Below, one piece after another: positions 25,616 to 37,680 of a DNA stretch of 63,909 bases. Position numbers and translations under genes: made by a program. This DNA is from Azolla caroliniana (taxonomy: Eukaryota > Plantae > Polypodiophyta). The stretch spans positions 12,834,001 through 12,897,909 of the forward strand of contig JBHGNT010000013.1 in NCBI GenBank assembly GCA_043228905.1, written 5' to 3'. The notes beneath the pieces were generated by a model. The model searched no databases. It worked only from the letters and a program-made list of their open reading frames with translations, and had not been told where the DNA came from. The first letter of the stretch is position 1. The number at the start of each line of letters is the position of its first letter.

Positions 25616-25632
25616 TGGCACGCCTGTGGGAC
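25616..25632 (+). other. PBS-like sequence (tRNA-Arg) facing opposite to the H ORFs, at the PPT position
   Basis: TGGCACGCCTGTGGGAC 2 nt from the LTR, matching the complement of the plant tRNA-Arg(UCU) 3' end (recalled) with a 1-nt gap. Confidence 0.7.
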
Positions 25633-26673
25633 AATGCCTTTGCACGTCGGACCCATCCCTTAATCTACTTTGAAAATGGCCCGGATGTTCGGCTCTGCTG
25701 TGGTGTCCTCGTCCGGAGTTGATGTAGGGCCTGTAGGTGCATCGTGGTGTGGCTCCTTTGTTTGGTCGGGCTGGTTTCTCCCGGAGTTGCAGTCGCCGTG
25801 TGTGGGTGGTCCGGGTACGGTGGGCTCTTCTTAAGTTAGTGGGTTGGGCTCCGCCGTTGTCGTGCTTGCAGTCGGCTGCAGCTCTGCCTCCATTGCTACG
25901 TCCTCCGTGGTGTTGGCCGTTTTTGTATGTTCTTGGGAGTGGGGCGGAGATTCCGCCTGGTCCGCACCGTTCTCCGCGTGGTTTGATGATAGTGTGGGCT
26001 CGTGCGGCTGGACCTCTTGTTGGGTAGTGGTTTCGCTGTCTGGTCCTGTGGGGAACTCCGCTCGTCGGTCCCCACTATTCTCCCTCGTTTTCATCTTTGG
26101 TGATTAGACTTGAGGTTCCTCTTCTTCGGCTGTGGCCGGAATTGGTGTTGCGCTGGATTCCTCGTTTGTGCGCTGTCATGAAGATTTTCAGCAATAGTGT
26201 GAAAATCCTATAAAACGTACAAAATCGAGTATGAATCACGTAGTACAATAATTGTGAAGATAACATTTTAAATAGATTTAATATCTAAGTACAAAATGAT
26301 GGAGGTTTCGAATGCACTTTATTACACGAGAAACGGATAACTAAATGTCAAGATATGAGGGTATAAAGTTTGTAAAAGGAAAGGAGAAAATTGTGAGATA
26401 TCCCACATAGGCACGACAAATACAGCTCTCATCATATATAAGGTGGAGCAAAAGATATTATCTTTGTGTCTATGTGTGGAGCATAGAGAGTTCAAGGTAA
26501 CTTGAACTAAGAGTGGAGGTGGGCTAGCTACTCGTAAAGGGTTTTGGCCAACCAAAACCGGACCGGCGATGGATCCGGTGATTCGACGGCATCCGGCGAA
26601 CCGGCGTCCGACGACTAGATAAATAAATATATAAATATATATACATATTTACATATACAAGGAGGGCAAGTAA

Positions 26674-26727
26674 GGATTCGAACCTTGCACCTCCAAGTTA
26701 GGAGTGAATTGGCTTACCATTAAGCCA
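26674..26727 (-). promoter_or_regulatory. tRNA-like Pol III A/B box module inside the I LTR (also 33574-33627 and 62395-62448)
   Basis: Minus strand TGGCTTAATGG and GGTTCGAATCC, 43 nt apart, with D-arm and T-arm stems. Confidence 0.7.
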
Positions 26728-27249
26728 ATCTATTTAGTAGAAATTATATTTCTATCATTGTACTTTTACATGTAAATTCTCATACATGAGAACTAAAATG
26801 AGTGACATGGTTATCATGCACCACATGTAATACATAAGCGCCAAATGGAAAACATGCAATTTATGCATGTCTTGTACCCTCACATGCATCATATGCATGA
26901 GAGCATCTATAAAAGAGGGAAGGGGGAGGAGAAAAAACAAGGTTTTTTTTATGAAAATTAAGAGGAAGAAATTCGTTATCAAATTGATCGTGTAACTTGT
27001 TTCTTAAATCTAAAGTTAAAAGTTCAATCAATCTCTCTCAATCGTGGAATCTCAACTTCTCTCTTTCCCAATCTATCATAAGTACTTTCTCGCCAAAGCT
27101 TGTATCGACTCTAAATCCTTCTGGTCCAGAACCCCGGCGGTTCCGCCTCACGATTCGCGCGTAGTGACGGATCTTCACGACATAATAAAGTGGTGAACCC
27201 GACGTGAAAGAGGCGGTAGGAAGGATCAAGTCGAGATTAATACTTGGAG

Positions 27250-29448
27250 ATGGCGTCCTCAAGCAACCAAGCAGGAGAGCTCGAAAGGATGATGCTAATC
27301 GTCGAGCAAATGATGAGATCTCGGGACAACGACGCGAGCGTGGAGAAGGCCGTCGATCGTGTCGTAGAGCTCGAGGGCCAATTCGATGGAAGGAACGTTA
27401 CGAAGTTCCTTGATGCATATAAAAGGGAGATGAAAATCAGAGGGACGTGTCCGAGGCACGTCAAATCGCAAGCTTCAAGAGAGTTGTCGCCAACAACATC
27501 CAAAGACGCGTCATCGAGCTTCAAGAAGGTAAGACAACATGGTCCGAGTTCGAGAAAATGATACTAGCGGAGTTCGTGACTGAAGACTCAACGAGGATGA
27601 CTCGACATGCCCTGATGAAGTGGATAGAGAAGAAGAATAAGAAGATGAGCGTCTCGAGGGTGTACGACGAATTCGACCAGATGTTTAGTCGTCTCCCCAA
27701 TACGGACCAAGTGTTGCTTGAAGAGGACAAGACTTTGTACTTCTTGAAGGCTGTGGACATAAAGGATAGACGGGAGTTGGGGACTCTTCTCGAAGATGAT
27801 ACCCAAGCAAATGGGCTCGTAGCGGACTGGATCGTTGTGAAGCGGGCATGTAATAGGCTCGACAAGTGTCGCCAATGGGTTGATGACACCGACTTGACGG
27901 GATCGACTACCACGGAGAAAGCAAGACCGCCGAAAGTAGCTGAGCCGCCAAGACAAAGTAACGTGGAAGAAAAGAAGATTGATGACGACATCATTGAAGA
28001 GCTAGCGAAGAAGTTCGAGAAGGTCACGCTAGCCAACATGAATCGTCAGGGCCCTAAAGGAAAAGCCCTTTAGATGCGTGTGGTGCGATAGCATGGACCA
28101 CATGAGAAGGGATTGTGCGAGCCTTCGAGAGGCGATTCGACAAAATATCGTATACATAGAGGACAACATGATCTGCTCAAGAGAGACTAGAAGACCCCTA
28201 CGGGTGAATTTCGGAAGAGGAGGAATGAAAAGATCTATGGAGGATGCCGGTGCGATTCATGTGGATGCGATGCACTATGCTACGTTGGCCGGAATAAGAG
28301 TCGGGAAAGACAAGACTGAAGCTGCTAGAGCGGGAGCAAAGTTTTGGACTTCCGTTCTCGAATATGAGAAGAAGGGAAAAATCACATCGAACGAGGTAGA
28401 GCTTGTGGACCGAAGCGTGCAAAGCATAACCGGGTGGTCGGATCCGGTAGACGACAACACCATACTCACAGAGGTGATGTGCGACAACCACGAGGTGTTC
28501 GTCGAAGAAAAGAGAAAGAGAATAGAAGAGCAAGGCCCATCTAAAAGACATGAAACAAGGAACGCGAAAAAGAAGGACGATGCGGAGACGAGTCGACCTT
28601 TACAATCGGAGGAACGAGAATCAAGCCGAAAAGGGGAGCCGAGCATACGAGTTGAAGAAACAGTGCGGCCCGTGAAGGTTGGTGTCGAAGACCCCGCGCA
28701 GAGGACAAGGACTATACCTACCTATAAGCTAAGGTCGGACATAGAGCAGACGACGGACCTAAAGAAGATTCTCGAAGAACAAGTTCTTGATAGCCACGTA
28801 ACTTTGTCCTTGAGGGAATTGCTTGGCATTACGAAGAAGGAGTTCCATGACACGATCGTGGACCTTGTAAAGAGAAAGAGACAACAATCGGATGAGGAAG
28901 AAGAGAAGCCGCAAAAAGCAAAAACGAATGCCATAACGATGGCAAGAAACGAAATCGATGAAGATATGGTGGACAACCACTACACTCGACCTCATTGGGC
29001 ACGAGCGACAACGGAGACGCCGGTGAAGATCGGGGAGAAGAAAGAGACCGTCGTAGCCTTGATCGACCACGGCTCGGAGATCAACCTCATGTCAACCGAC
29101 TTCTACAAAAAGGGAAGATGGCCAATCAATACAAACCACGGATGGAAGATTCGCGTGGCAACAAAGTCTACGGAGGACTTGTACGGAGCTTTTCCCAATG
29201 TCAAAGTCACGATCGGGGATGTGGAGATGGATCAACACTTCTTCGTACAAGAATCGGCATCGCATCCTGTCATCCTAGGGCAACCTTATATCACATCATC
29301 TCGGATGGAGACCAGAGTGTTCGATAATGGAGCAGCCTTCGCACGAATAAAGAGTCTTGACAACCAAAGATCGGTCCAATTCCTAACGGTGCGAGCCAAT
29401 CATGAAAGGAATCGAGATAGTCTCAGAGGCGAATCCTCAGATTTTTAG
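27250..29448 (+). pseudogene. gag-protease ORF1 of I (frameshifted)
   Basis: ORFs 27244-27561, 27447-28073 and 28078-29448; CCHC knuckle, protease LIDHGSEIN; ends GAT TTT TAG. Confidence 0.9.
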
Positions 29449-32400
29449 AGCGGACTATTGAAGCATGGGGCACAAATAGTTCGAGCAATCACAAGACCCC
29501 ACAAGAGAGAAGAGTGTGAGGATTGCAAGGAGAAGCAACATGTGTCACACCTAGTGGCGCATGTAAACTAGTACTACCCGACAAGAAGCACAAGCACCGG
29601 ATACAAGAATTCGAGAAGATGCTGAAAGAAGAGAACATAATAGAAGAAGGGGAGTTCGTGACTCATATTATGGAAGAAGCCTCATTTAACGACACCATCG
29701 GCGAAATCGAGGACGTCGTGGACTTGAGCTATCTTCACAACCAATGCGTGATTTCGGTTAACTCCGTCAACATGTACGCTATCATCAATGAATACCGTCG
29801 TGGCATCTCGATGAAGGAAGCTGACATCAACACGAAATATAAAACGGTGGGTAAGAAGATCAAGCCAGTTGCGGTTCCGCTACCGGAAGATAGCTGGCAA
29901 AAGATGAAGGAAGTCGCTAACGATCCAAGCTTAAGAGATCCGAAGAAGATAGGTCATGTCTTCACCAAAGAGATGAAGGGGAAGCTACGAGTTGGAAAGG
30001 AGAATTTCCTTCTCCCTGAAGAGGACCGAATGTTTCGCGATATGCTTGAGAGACATGGGAAGGCTTTCGCATTCTTCCCACGAGAAATCGGATGCGCCGA
30101 CCCAAAGGTTATAGAGCCGATGGTGATCTTCACGGTGCCTCATGTGCCTTGGAACTTGAAACCGATACCGGTTCCGAGAGCACACCTTCCGAAGCTGATC
30201 GAGCTCTTAAAGGAGAAGGTGAGTATGGGAATTCTAGAACCGTCGAATGCTCCTTATTCCAATAGGTGGTTCACGGTGCCGAAGAAGAATGGATCATTGC
30301 GATTCATCCAAGATCTTCAACCCGTCAACAAGGTGACAATTCGAAATGCCGGAGTCGGTCCGAGCGTGGACGAATTTGCCGAAGCATTTGCGGGCCGGTC
30401 CATCTACTCCATTGGCGATCTCTACTCCAGATATGACCAATTCCAATTGGCGATCGACAGTCGGGACATTACAACCATGAGGACTCCGATCGGGCTTGTG
30501 CGGATGTGTACCTTACCCCAAGGCGCAACGAACTCGGTGGCTCATATGGTGAATGCCATGAATAAAGTCTTGAAGGATTGCATTCCGGACATCACGATGC
30601 CATTCTTGGATGATATTCTGATAAAAGGTTGTTCGGATGAGGAGAAAGATGAATCGAAAGATAAGGAAGGTTGTAGAAAGTTCGTTGCGGATCATATGAA
30701 AGATTGCGAGAAGGTGCTTCAAAGGCTCGAAGATGCGAATTTGACATTTTCGGGAGAAAAATCCGCATTCGGGCAACCGGAGATCTTGGTGGTAGGTCAC
30801 TTGTGTGGAGCATACGGCCGGAAGCCCTCGCCATCCAAAGTGAACGCAATCCAAGACATGAAAGAAAAATGCGAAAACCAAACGGAGGTTCGAAGGTTCC
30901 TTGGAGCGTGCGCGTTTTATCATATATGGATTCCTCACTACGCTCATGTCGCCGAACCGTTATATGGACTACTAAAGAAAAGAATAAAGTTCGAATGGCG
31001 AGACGAGCACACAGAGGCGATGCGAAGATTAAAGAAACTGCTTCTTCAAGCTCCGGCACTAAGGAAGGCCGACTATGCCGAAGGGAAACCAATTTACGTG
31101 ACCGTAGATACGAGCCCAACTGGAATTGGGTGGGTCATCAATCAAGAAGGTGAAGATAATGCGCGATATGCCGTCCGGTTCGAAGCAAAGGTTCTCAACG
31201 AACGACAACAAAGATATGCCCAAGTCAAGCGGGAACTTTGGGGTATTGTGTCGGCAGTGAAGATGGACAAAGATTACCTGATCGGGTCAGAAGTGATAAT
31301 AGAGACAGATTGTCTCCCAATTCTCGGAATGGTCTCGGGATGTGCGACCCCAGATCTTGCTATGCTAAGGTGGATCGCCTACATCAAGTCTTTAAACCCA
31401 GAGATCCATCACATCGCAGGGAAGAAGAACGCCATGCCTGACATGCTGTCGAGGGCAAGATTTTCAAATGGAAGTAACATGGTTTCGGAAGATGAAGATG
31501 TCGCCCTCGACTTCTTCAAGATGGCTCGATTGTCGGCGGAAGACCAGGACAGGCAAACCCTCCACGCCTTCAACGAGAACGAGTACGAAGGAGAATGGTT
31601 ACTCATCGGTAGATTCCTAAGAACATTGACGACAGATGCTTCGTTGACAAAGGAGGAGGCCCTACGAATCCGAAAGAAAGCTTACCGATACTTCTTGAAG
31701 GGAGGATTCCTTTGGCGACATCCAAAATGAAGGACAGAAATACCACGTCGAGTGGTGGTAAAGAAAGAAGAGCAAGAGACGCTGATGACCGAATTCCACG
31801 AGAGTGCTTGGGCAGGTCATAGAGGAACATGGGCGACATTCGAAAAATTGAAGGAGAAGTACTGGTGGCCAAGCATGTACAAAGATGTACTCCATTTCGT
31901 GTCCACATGTGAAACTTGCCAAATATATTCAAATATACATCATCGTGATGAGTTAAAGCCGACATACCCACTCACCATTCACTTCAAATGGATGGTGGAT
32001 CTGGTCTTGATGCCAATGGGAGTGGGACAAATGAAGTACTTAGCGCTGGCAAGGGAAGACTTGACAAATCAAGTGGAAGGACGAGCCTTGACAAATAAGA
32101 CGACTTCAGCTGTTTGTAAATTTTTACTTGAAGATGTTGTTTGCTGATATGGATGTGTAGGGAAGATAGTGGCCGACCGAGGGGAGCTGGACGTGCACGA
32201 AGCGACGGAGCTCTTCGAAAGAGTAGGCGTGAAGCTCTCCCTCACGACTGCCTACAATCCGGAAGCAAATGGGAAGATCGAGCGAGGGCATGGACCTATC
32301 GTTAAAGCCATCGTACGGGCATGCAACGGTCGAGTCGGGAATTGGCCACGACTATTACCCTATGCCTTGTGGGCCGATAGAACGACACATAGCTCGGTGA

Positions 32401-32933
32401 CAGGGTATATGCCGACGGAGCTTATGTATGGACAAAAGCCGATTATGCCCATCGAAAGGACGATCACCTCATGGGTAGCGATACCGTGGGAGAACGAGAT
32501 AAGCCGAGAAGAGTTATTAGCGGTGCGGATAAGGCAACTTGAAAGAAGACCTAAAGATTTAGAAAAAGCGCGAAAGATGATGAAGGCAGCCCGAGTAAAG
32601 AACAAAGTTCGGTTCGACAACACGCATTGACTTTGTCCCAAGAAGATTGAAGAAGGGGATTGGGTTTTGGTTTACGACAGCACCCTTGACAATCAACACA
32701 GTACAACAAGGAAGTTCGCAAGAAGATGGTTCGGGCCGTATGTGGTAACAAGTGCCAACGATAATGCCACATACCACCTTGCGGAACTAGACGGATCAAG
32801 GTTGGCCGTACCCATTGAGGGAAAAAGAGTAAAGATTTTCAAGAAAAGACAAGACAAGGATCCTGACCTCGATTACCTCGACGATGAACATAATAGGCCG
32901 GATGAAAATGAAGACATGGAGGAATCTAATTGA
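29445..32933 (+). pseudogene. RT-RNase H-integrase ORF2 of I (-1 frame, four in-frame TGA)
   Basis: RT LPQG and FLDD, RNase H, integrase HHCC/DDE and GPY motif; TGA at 29517, 31728, 32145 and 32628. Confidence 0.92.
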
Positions 32934-34082
32934 TCATCGTAGTCGAAATCTCACTTCTTCTCTTCTTGGCATGTACCGGAGGACGTGCGGTTTGGTGGGG
33001 GTGGATGTCGTGAAGATTTTCGGCAATAGTGTGAAAATCCCATAAAACGTACGAAATCGAGTATGAATCACGTAGTACAATAATTGTGAAGATAACATTT
33101 TAAATAGATTTAATATCTAAGTACAAAATGATGGAGGTTTCGAATGCACTTTATTACACGAGAAACGGACAACTAAATGTCAAGATATGAGGGTATAAAG
33201 TTTGTAAAAGGAAAGAAGAAAATTGTGAGATATCCCACATAGGCACGACAAATACAACTCTCATCATATATAAGGTGGAGCAAAAGATATTATCTTTGTG
33301 TCTATGTGTAGAGCACAGAGAGTTCAAGGTAACTTGAACTAAGAGTGGAGGTGGGCTAGCTACTCGTAAAGGGTTTTGGCCAACCAAAACCAGACTGGCG
33401 ATGGAGCCGGTGATCCGACGGCATCCGGCGAAGGTGATCGGACGGCATCCGGCACCGGTATCCGGCGACGCACCGGTATCAGGCACCAGTATCCGGCGAA
33501 CCGACGTCCGACGACTAGATAAATAAATATATAAATATATATACATATTTACATATACAAGGAGGGCAAGTAAGGATTCGAACCTTGCACCTCCAAGTTA
33601 GGAGTGAATTGGCTTACCATTAAGCCATGCTATTTAGTAGAAATTATATTTCTATCATTACACTTTTATATGTAAATTCTCATACATGAGAACTAAAATG
33701 AGTGACATGGTTATCATGCACCACATGTAATACATAAGCGCCAAATGGCAAACATGCAATTTATGCATGTCTTGTACCCTCACATGCATCATATGCATTA
33801 GAGCATCTATAAAAGAGGGAAGGGGGAGGAGAAAAAACACGATTTTTTTTATGAAAATTAAGAGGAAGAAATTCGTTATCAAATTGATCGTGTAACTTGT
33901 TTCTTAAATCTAAAGTTAAAAGTTCAATCAATCTCTCTCAATCGTGGAATCTCAACTTCTCTCTTTCCCAATCTATCTTAAGTACTTTCTCGCCAAAGTT
34001 TGTATCGACTCTAAATCCTTCTGGTCCAGAACCCCGGCGGTTCCGCCTCACGATCCGCGCGTAGTGACGGATCTTCACGACA

Positions 34083-36441
34083 GCGCGTGTTGCCGACTTG
34101 TGTGATCTGGTGAAATAGCTCCTCCTGACTTTCACCAAAATCATCTAAGAGCTGTGTGAGTTCTTCGGAGTGTTGGTCTGCTAGTGCACGATAGTCTTGC
34201 GCTAGGTCCTCCCGTACAGTTGCAATGCTCTCCTCATTTAGTTTGTAGAAACCTCGACCGTCTTTTCGCCGGTTCTCCCAGTCCGCACGATACGCGTGCA
34301 ATTCCACTGCTTGGGTTGCCCACGCCATCCATCCTTTGTCCAGCGCCGTTTTCAATTGCGATGTGAACCTCTCCCGATTTGTTTGGAGAAGGATCCGCAC
34401 GTTATCTGTGATGGCTTGGCAACGGTTGCGTGCGTCTTCCATCGACTTCTGGAGATTTGCGATTTCCTGCTGTTTAACGGCTGCCGCTTTCTCATATGTG
34501 GCCTTCAGGCCCGCCCACAGATGGGATTCCTTTCTCGTTGTTCAGGCGGATTTTGAGCTGATGCCTTCTGTCTTGTTCGACCACTAACTACTCATCGAAC
34601 CAAACCTTCTTTTTTTCTAATAAGGCCCGAAGTCCTGCTATTGCCGCCTCCGATTTCTTCGCGTCCTCTCGTAATTGTGCGCTGTCGTCCTTTATCCGGA
34701 TGTGCTGAGCTACCTCCATAGCTAGTTTCTCTTCAAGAGTTTTTACTACCTTCCATCCGTTAGCCCGTATCTCCTTTTCTCTGTCTGAGTATTGGCATAG
34801 TTCTGCTCGAAGACGGTCAATTTCGGATTCCGCTAGCTGCACGACCCTTTTTGCTTTTGAGGCGATGGCGGTCTGAGCCTCGATTTCTTCTTTTAGAGCG
34901 TCGATGACGTGGTTCGGTGGCGGGGTTGCGTGTTGCGCCGTAGTCGTGTGAGCTTCCAACTCCGCGATGCGTGCGTTGGCCTTTTGCAGTTCGGCTTTGG
35001 TCAGTTTAACCTTCTTCCAAACATTCTTATTTTTTATGGCCATCTCCTTGGCGCCCGTGCTGACCTTTGCTAGTTCCCGATGGACTTCAACTAGGGCCGT
35101 GTTTAAGGCCGGTCTTCATCGTCGCTCTCTGTTGTTTGTGTTAGGGCGCGCTCGATCATCTGGCGTTCCGCATGCTCCTCGGCCATTCGTTGGGCGGCTT
35201 TGACTTGTTGTGTTGCCAAGAACTCCATGAGCTCAAAAGAAGTACCGAATTGCAAGAGGGCGCTGAACTCGTGGGCCGTATCCGGGATATCCAGATATGC
35301 CAAACTCGCTTTCCGCCGTCAATACGGCTTTCCCTCGTTGGGACTGAGTCGTAATAATCGGTTGTGGCTCCCAGATGATTTCGAAGGTGGTATTCGGTTC
35401 CGCTATTGCGGAGCCTTCGCCTTCGGTCGGTGTCTCGGTTGCCGTGGGGGCATTTTTTACCAACCCCCGCCCATCTTTCCTGTCCAATCTGCGCCATTTT
35501 GGTCTGGGGCTTTCCCGCATTGTTTTGGTGTCTGGTTCTGGGGCTACTTCCATGTAGCGTCTCGGCTGTTCCTCCTGCGTTGTCCGTGTGTCCGGTTGGT
35601 TGGTAGGAGGTGTTGTCCTTGGGTCTGGCTGGGCCGGTTGGGGTTCCTCTTCCCACTCTGGGGCCAATAACTCCGCTAACCTTCGTTTCGCGGATCGGGG
35701 CGGGGCCGTGGGTTGGCTGGGTTGCGGTGCTGGCAGACCTCGGGGTGGAAATAGTACCGTAAGGTATTGTTGGATGATCGGCCTGAGCTTTTTGCCTGCT
35801 TGGTATGTATGCAAGCCTTCCCTTAACACTGGCCCTGTGATGACCCCCCAGTCAACGACACGCCCTTCAAAGGTATCAATAATGATGCGCGCTTTCTGCT
35901 TAGGCATCCCATATGCATTGACATGTACGTAGCCGACTTCTAGCAGGAACTTGGCAACTTCACGGAAGAAGGGATCTGGAATCTGTTTTGTTCTATAGGC
36001 TTTTGTGGAGGAGGAATATGACCCAAAATACCGCTGCAACGCCTCTGCAGGAGGTATTTCGAAATGTCTTTCGCCTAGTGAGGATAGGTCCAACTTCTTC
36101 CGGATGGAAGAGTTGGTGACCGTGTCGATGTTAAGCTTCTTGGCGATGTCCATGGCATCCGGGTGCGGAGGTGCTTCTGCGACCCGGATGTAACCATCCA
36201 GGCGTTTCTCCACGAGCCATCGATGTAGGGTAGTAGAGATGAAGATCGGCATCGCCAGAGTAGGTTCGTGGGGAGGAGACGGGTGGTTCAAGTGAGTTGG
36301 AGCTCTGAGATAGGATGCGGAAGAAGGTGAGGAGGAGGAGCGATGGGAGCGCTGATAGCTAGAAGATGGGTTTCTGCTTTGTGCAAAAAATCTTCTGTTT
36401 CCTTCTTTTTGTGGCTTAGGGTTCATTGGGCGGTGAGCCAT
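34083..36441 (-). pseudogene. Extra ORF of H downstream of pol (unknown function, Pro-rich linker, coiled-coil), continuing 26173-25660
   Basis: ORFs 35233-36441, 35103-35303, 34588-35043 and 34442-34083. After removing I it reads ...QVGNTR|TNEESS..., in frame with 25831-26094. Confidence 0.7.
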
Positions 36442-36511
36442 CGTGGTGCCGCGTGTTCTTGAACTAGGAGTTTGGGCATGCCTTTAGTCATTTTAATAGT
36501 TGTTATCTTCT

Positions 36512-36546
<35 letters not shown>

Positions 36547-36759
36547 TAACGGTTATTTACAACCTATTTTTACATTATAGTACAAATGGGGCTGTCCATT
36601 TTACGCTGCAGGTTCCTCGGCTCTGCCCCGTTTGGCGGTGAATGGGTTAGGTGGCGTAGGGCCCAGGTTAGGTTTGAGCCGAAATCCATTCACCTTTTGC
36701 CATACTACTTCTCCAGCCAGTGTTCCTAGTTGGAACGTGCCTTGTTCCACTCCAATTAT

Positions 36760-37680
36760 CTAGTATGGGCCGGTCCAGCGGAAATGTAACTTCCCCGACA
36801 TATGGCCCATGCGCGTTTGAAAAACTAGCACTGCTCGGTCCACGACGAACTCCTTTTCCCTTGCGTTCCGATGTCGATCCACAAACGCTTTACGCCGTCG
36901 TTGTTCCTGTTCCAACACAACCATGCTGTGGACGCGTTTTTCCCCTAGTTCGAGGAGCTGGTAGAGTCGTACCTCCTCCAACTTGGCTTCTGATAATCGG
37001 TCCCGTACCTGAATGCGCAAACTAGGTACCTGAAATTCGACCGACATCACAACTTCCAGTCCAAATGCTAGACGGAACGGTGTTGACTGTATGCTTGTTT
37101 TGTAACTAGTTCTGTACACCCATAACGCACTCTGTAGTTTGGTATCCCAGTTCGTTCTATTTTCATTGACGGTTTTCTTCAAAATGGTCTGTAATGTTTT
37201 GTTCGTGGATTCTGCTAATCCATTCGCCTGTGGATAATATGGCGTGCTCTTCTTGTGGACTACGGCGTAATGATGTGTTAGTTCCCGAACCACCGTATTG
37301 AGAAAGTGACTCCCCTGGTCACTGATGAGCTCAATTGGACAGCCGAACTGGCACCAGATGTGCTCGTAAAGGAATTTGGATGTGACGGCCGCTGTATTTT
37401 CACGTAGTGCCTTTGCTTCTACCCATTTGGTGCAGTAATCTGTGGCTACCAATATGTATTTATTGCCCGTACGGGCCGCCGCTGGTGTGAAGGGCCCTAC
37501 AAAATCCAATCCCCACTTTTGGAAGGGGTCTAGCGGTAATACGGGCTGGTGTGGCATCCTTGCGTCCTCCGCGGGCTGACCCATCCGTTGACACAAATCA
37601 CACTTTCTACAATACTCGGATGCGTCCTTTTGCGTTGCTGGCCACCATAAGCCCGCCTGCCATACTTTCCGGGTTGTCAT
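36760..37680 (-). pseudogene. Integrase core of element H
   Basis: CDLC zinc finger, DDE motifs, C-terminal WTGPY. Confidence 0.9.

Larger units (their letters stand above)
26174..34082 (+). mobile_element. Element I: full-length tRNA-Trp-primed Ty3/gypsy; 5' LTR 26174-27182, 3' LTR 33006-34082
   Basis: 4-bp TSD GCGC, PBS TGGTGAACCCGACGTGA 27191-27207, PPT GGTGGGGGTGGA 32994-33005, near-identical LTRs apart from a ~68-bp indel. Confidence 0.97.

Noticed and set aside
26690-26710. Amber suppressor tRNA (CTA) in the I LTR module
   Set aside because: Anticodon and acceptor stems do not pair properly; only the promoter boxes and D/T arms are supported.
34083-36441. Envelope gene
   Set aside because: No signal peptide or transmembrane segment is visible in the translated fragments.
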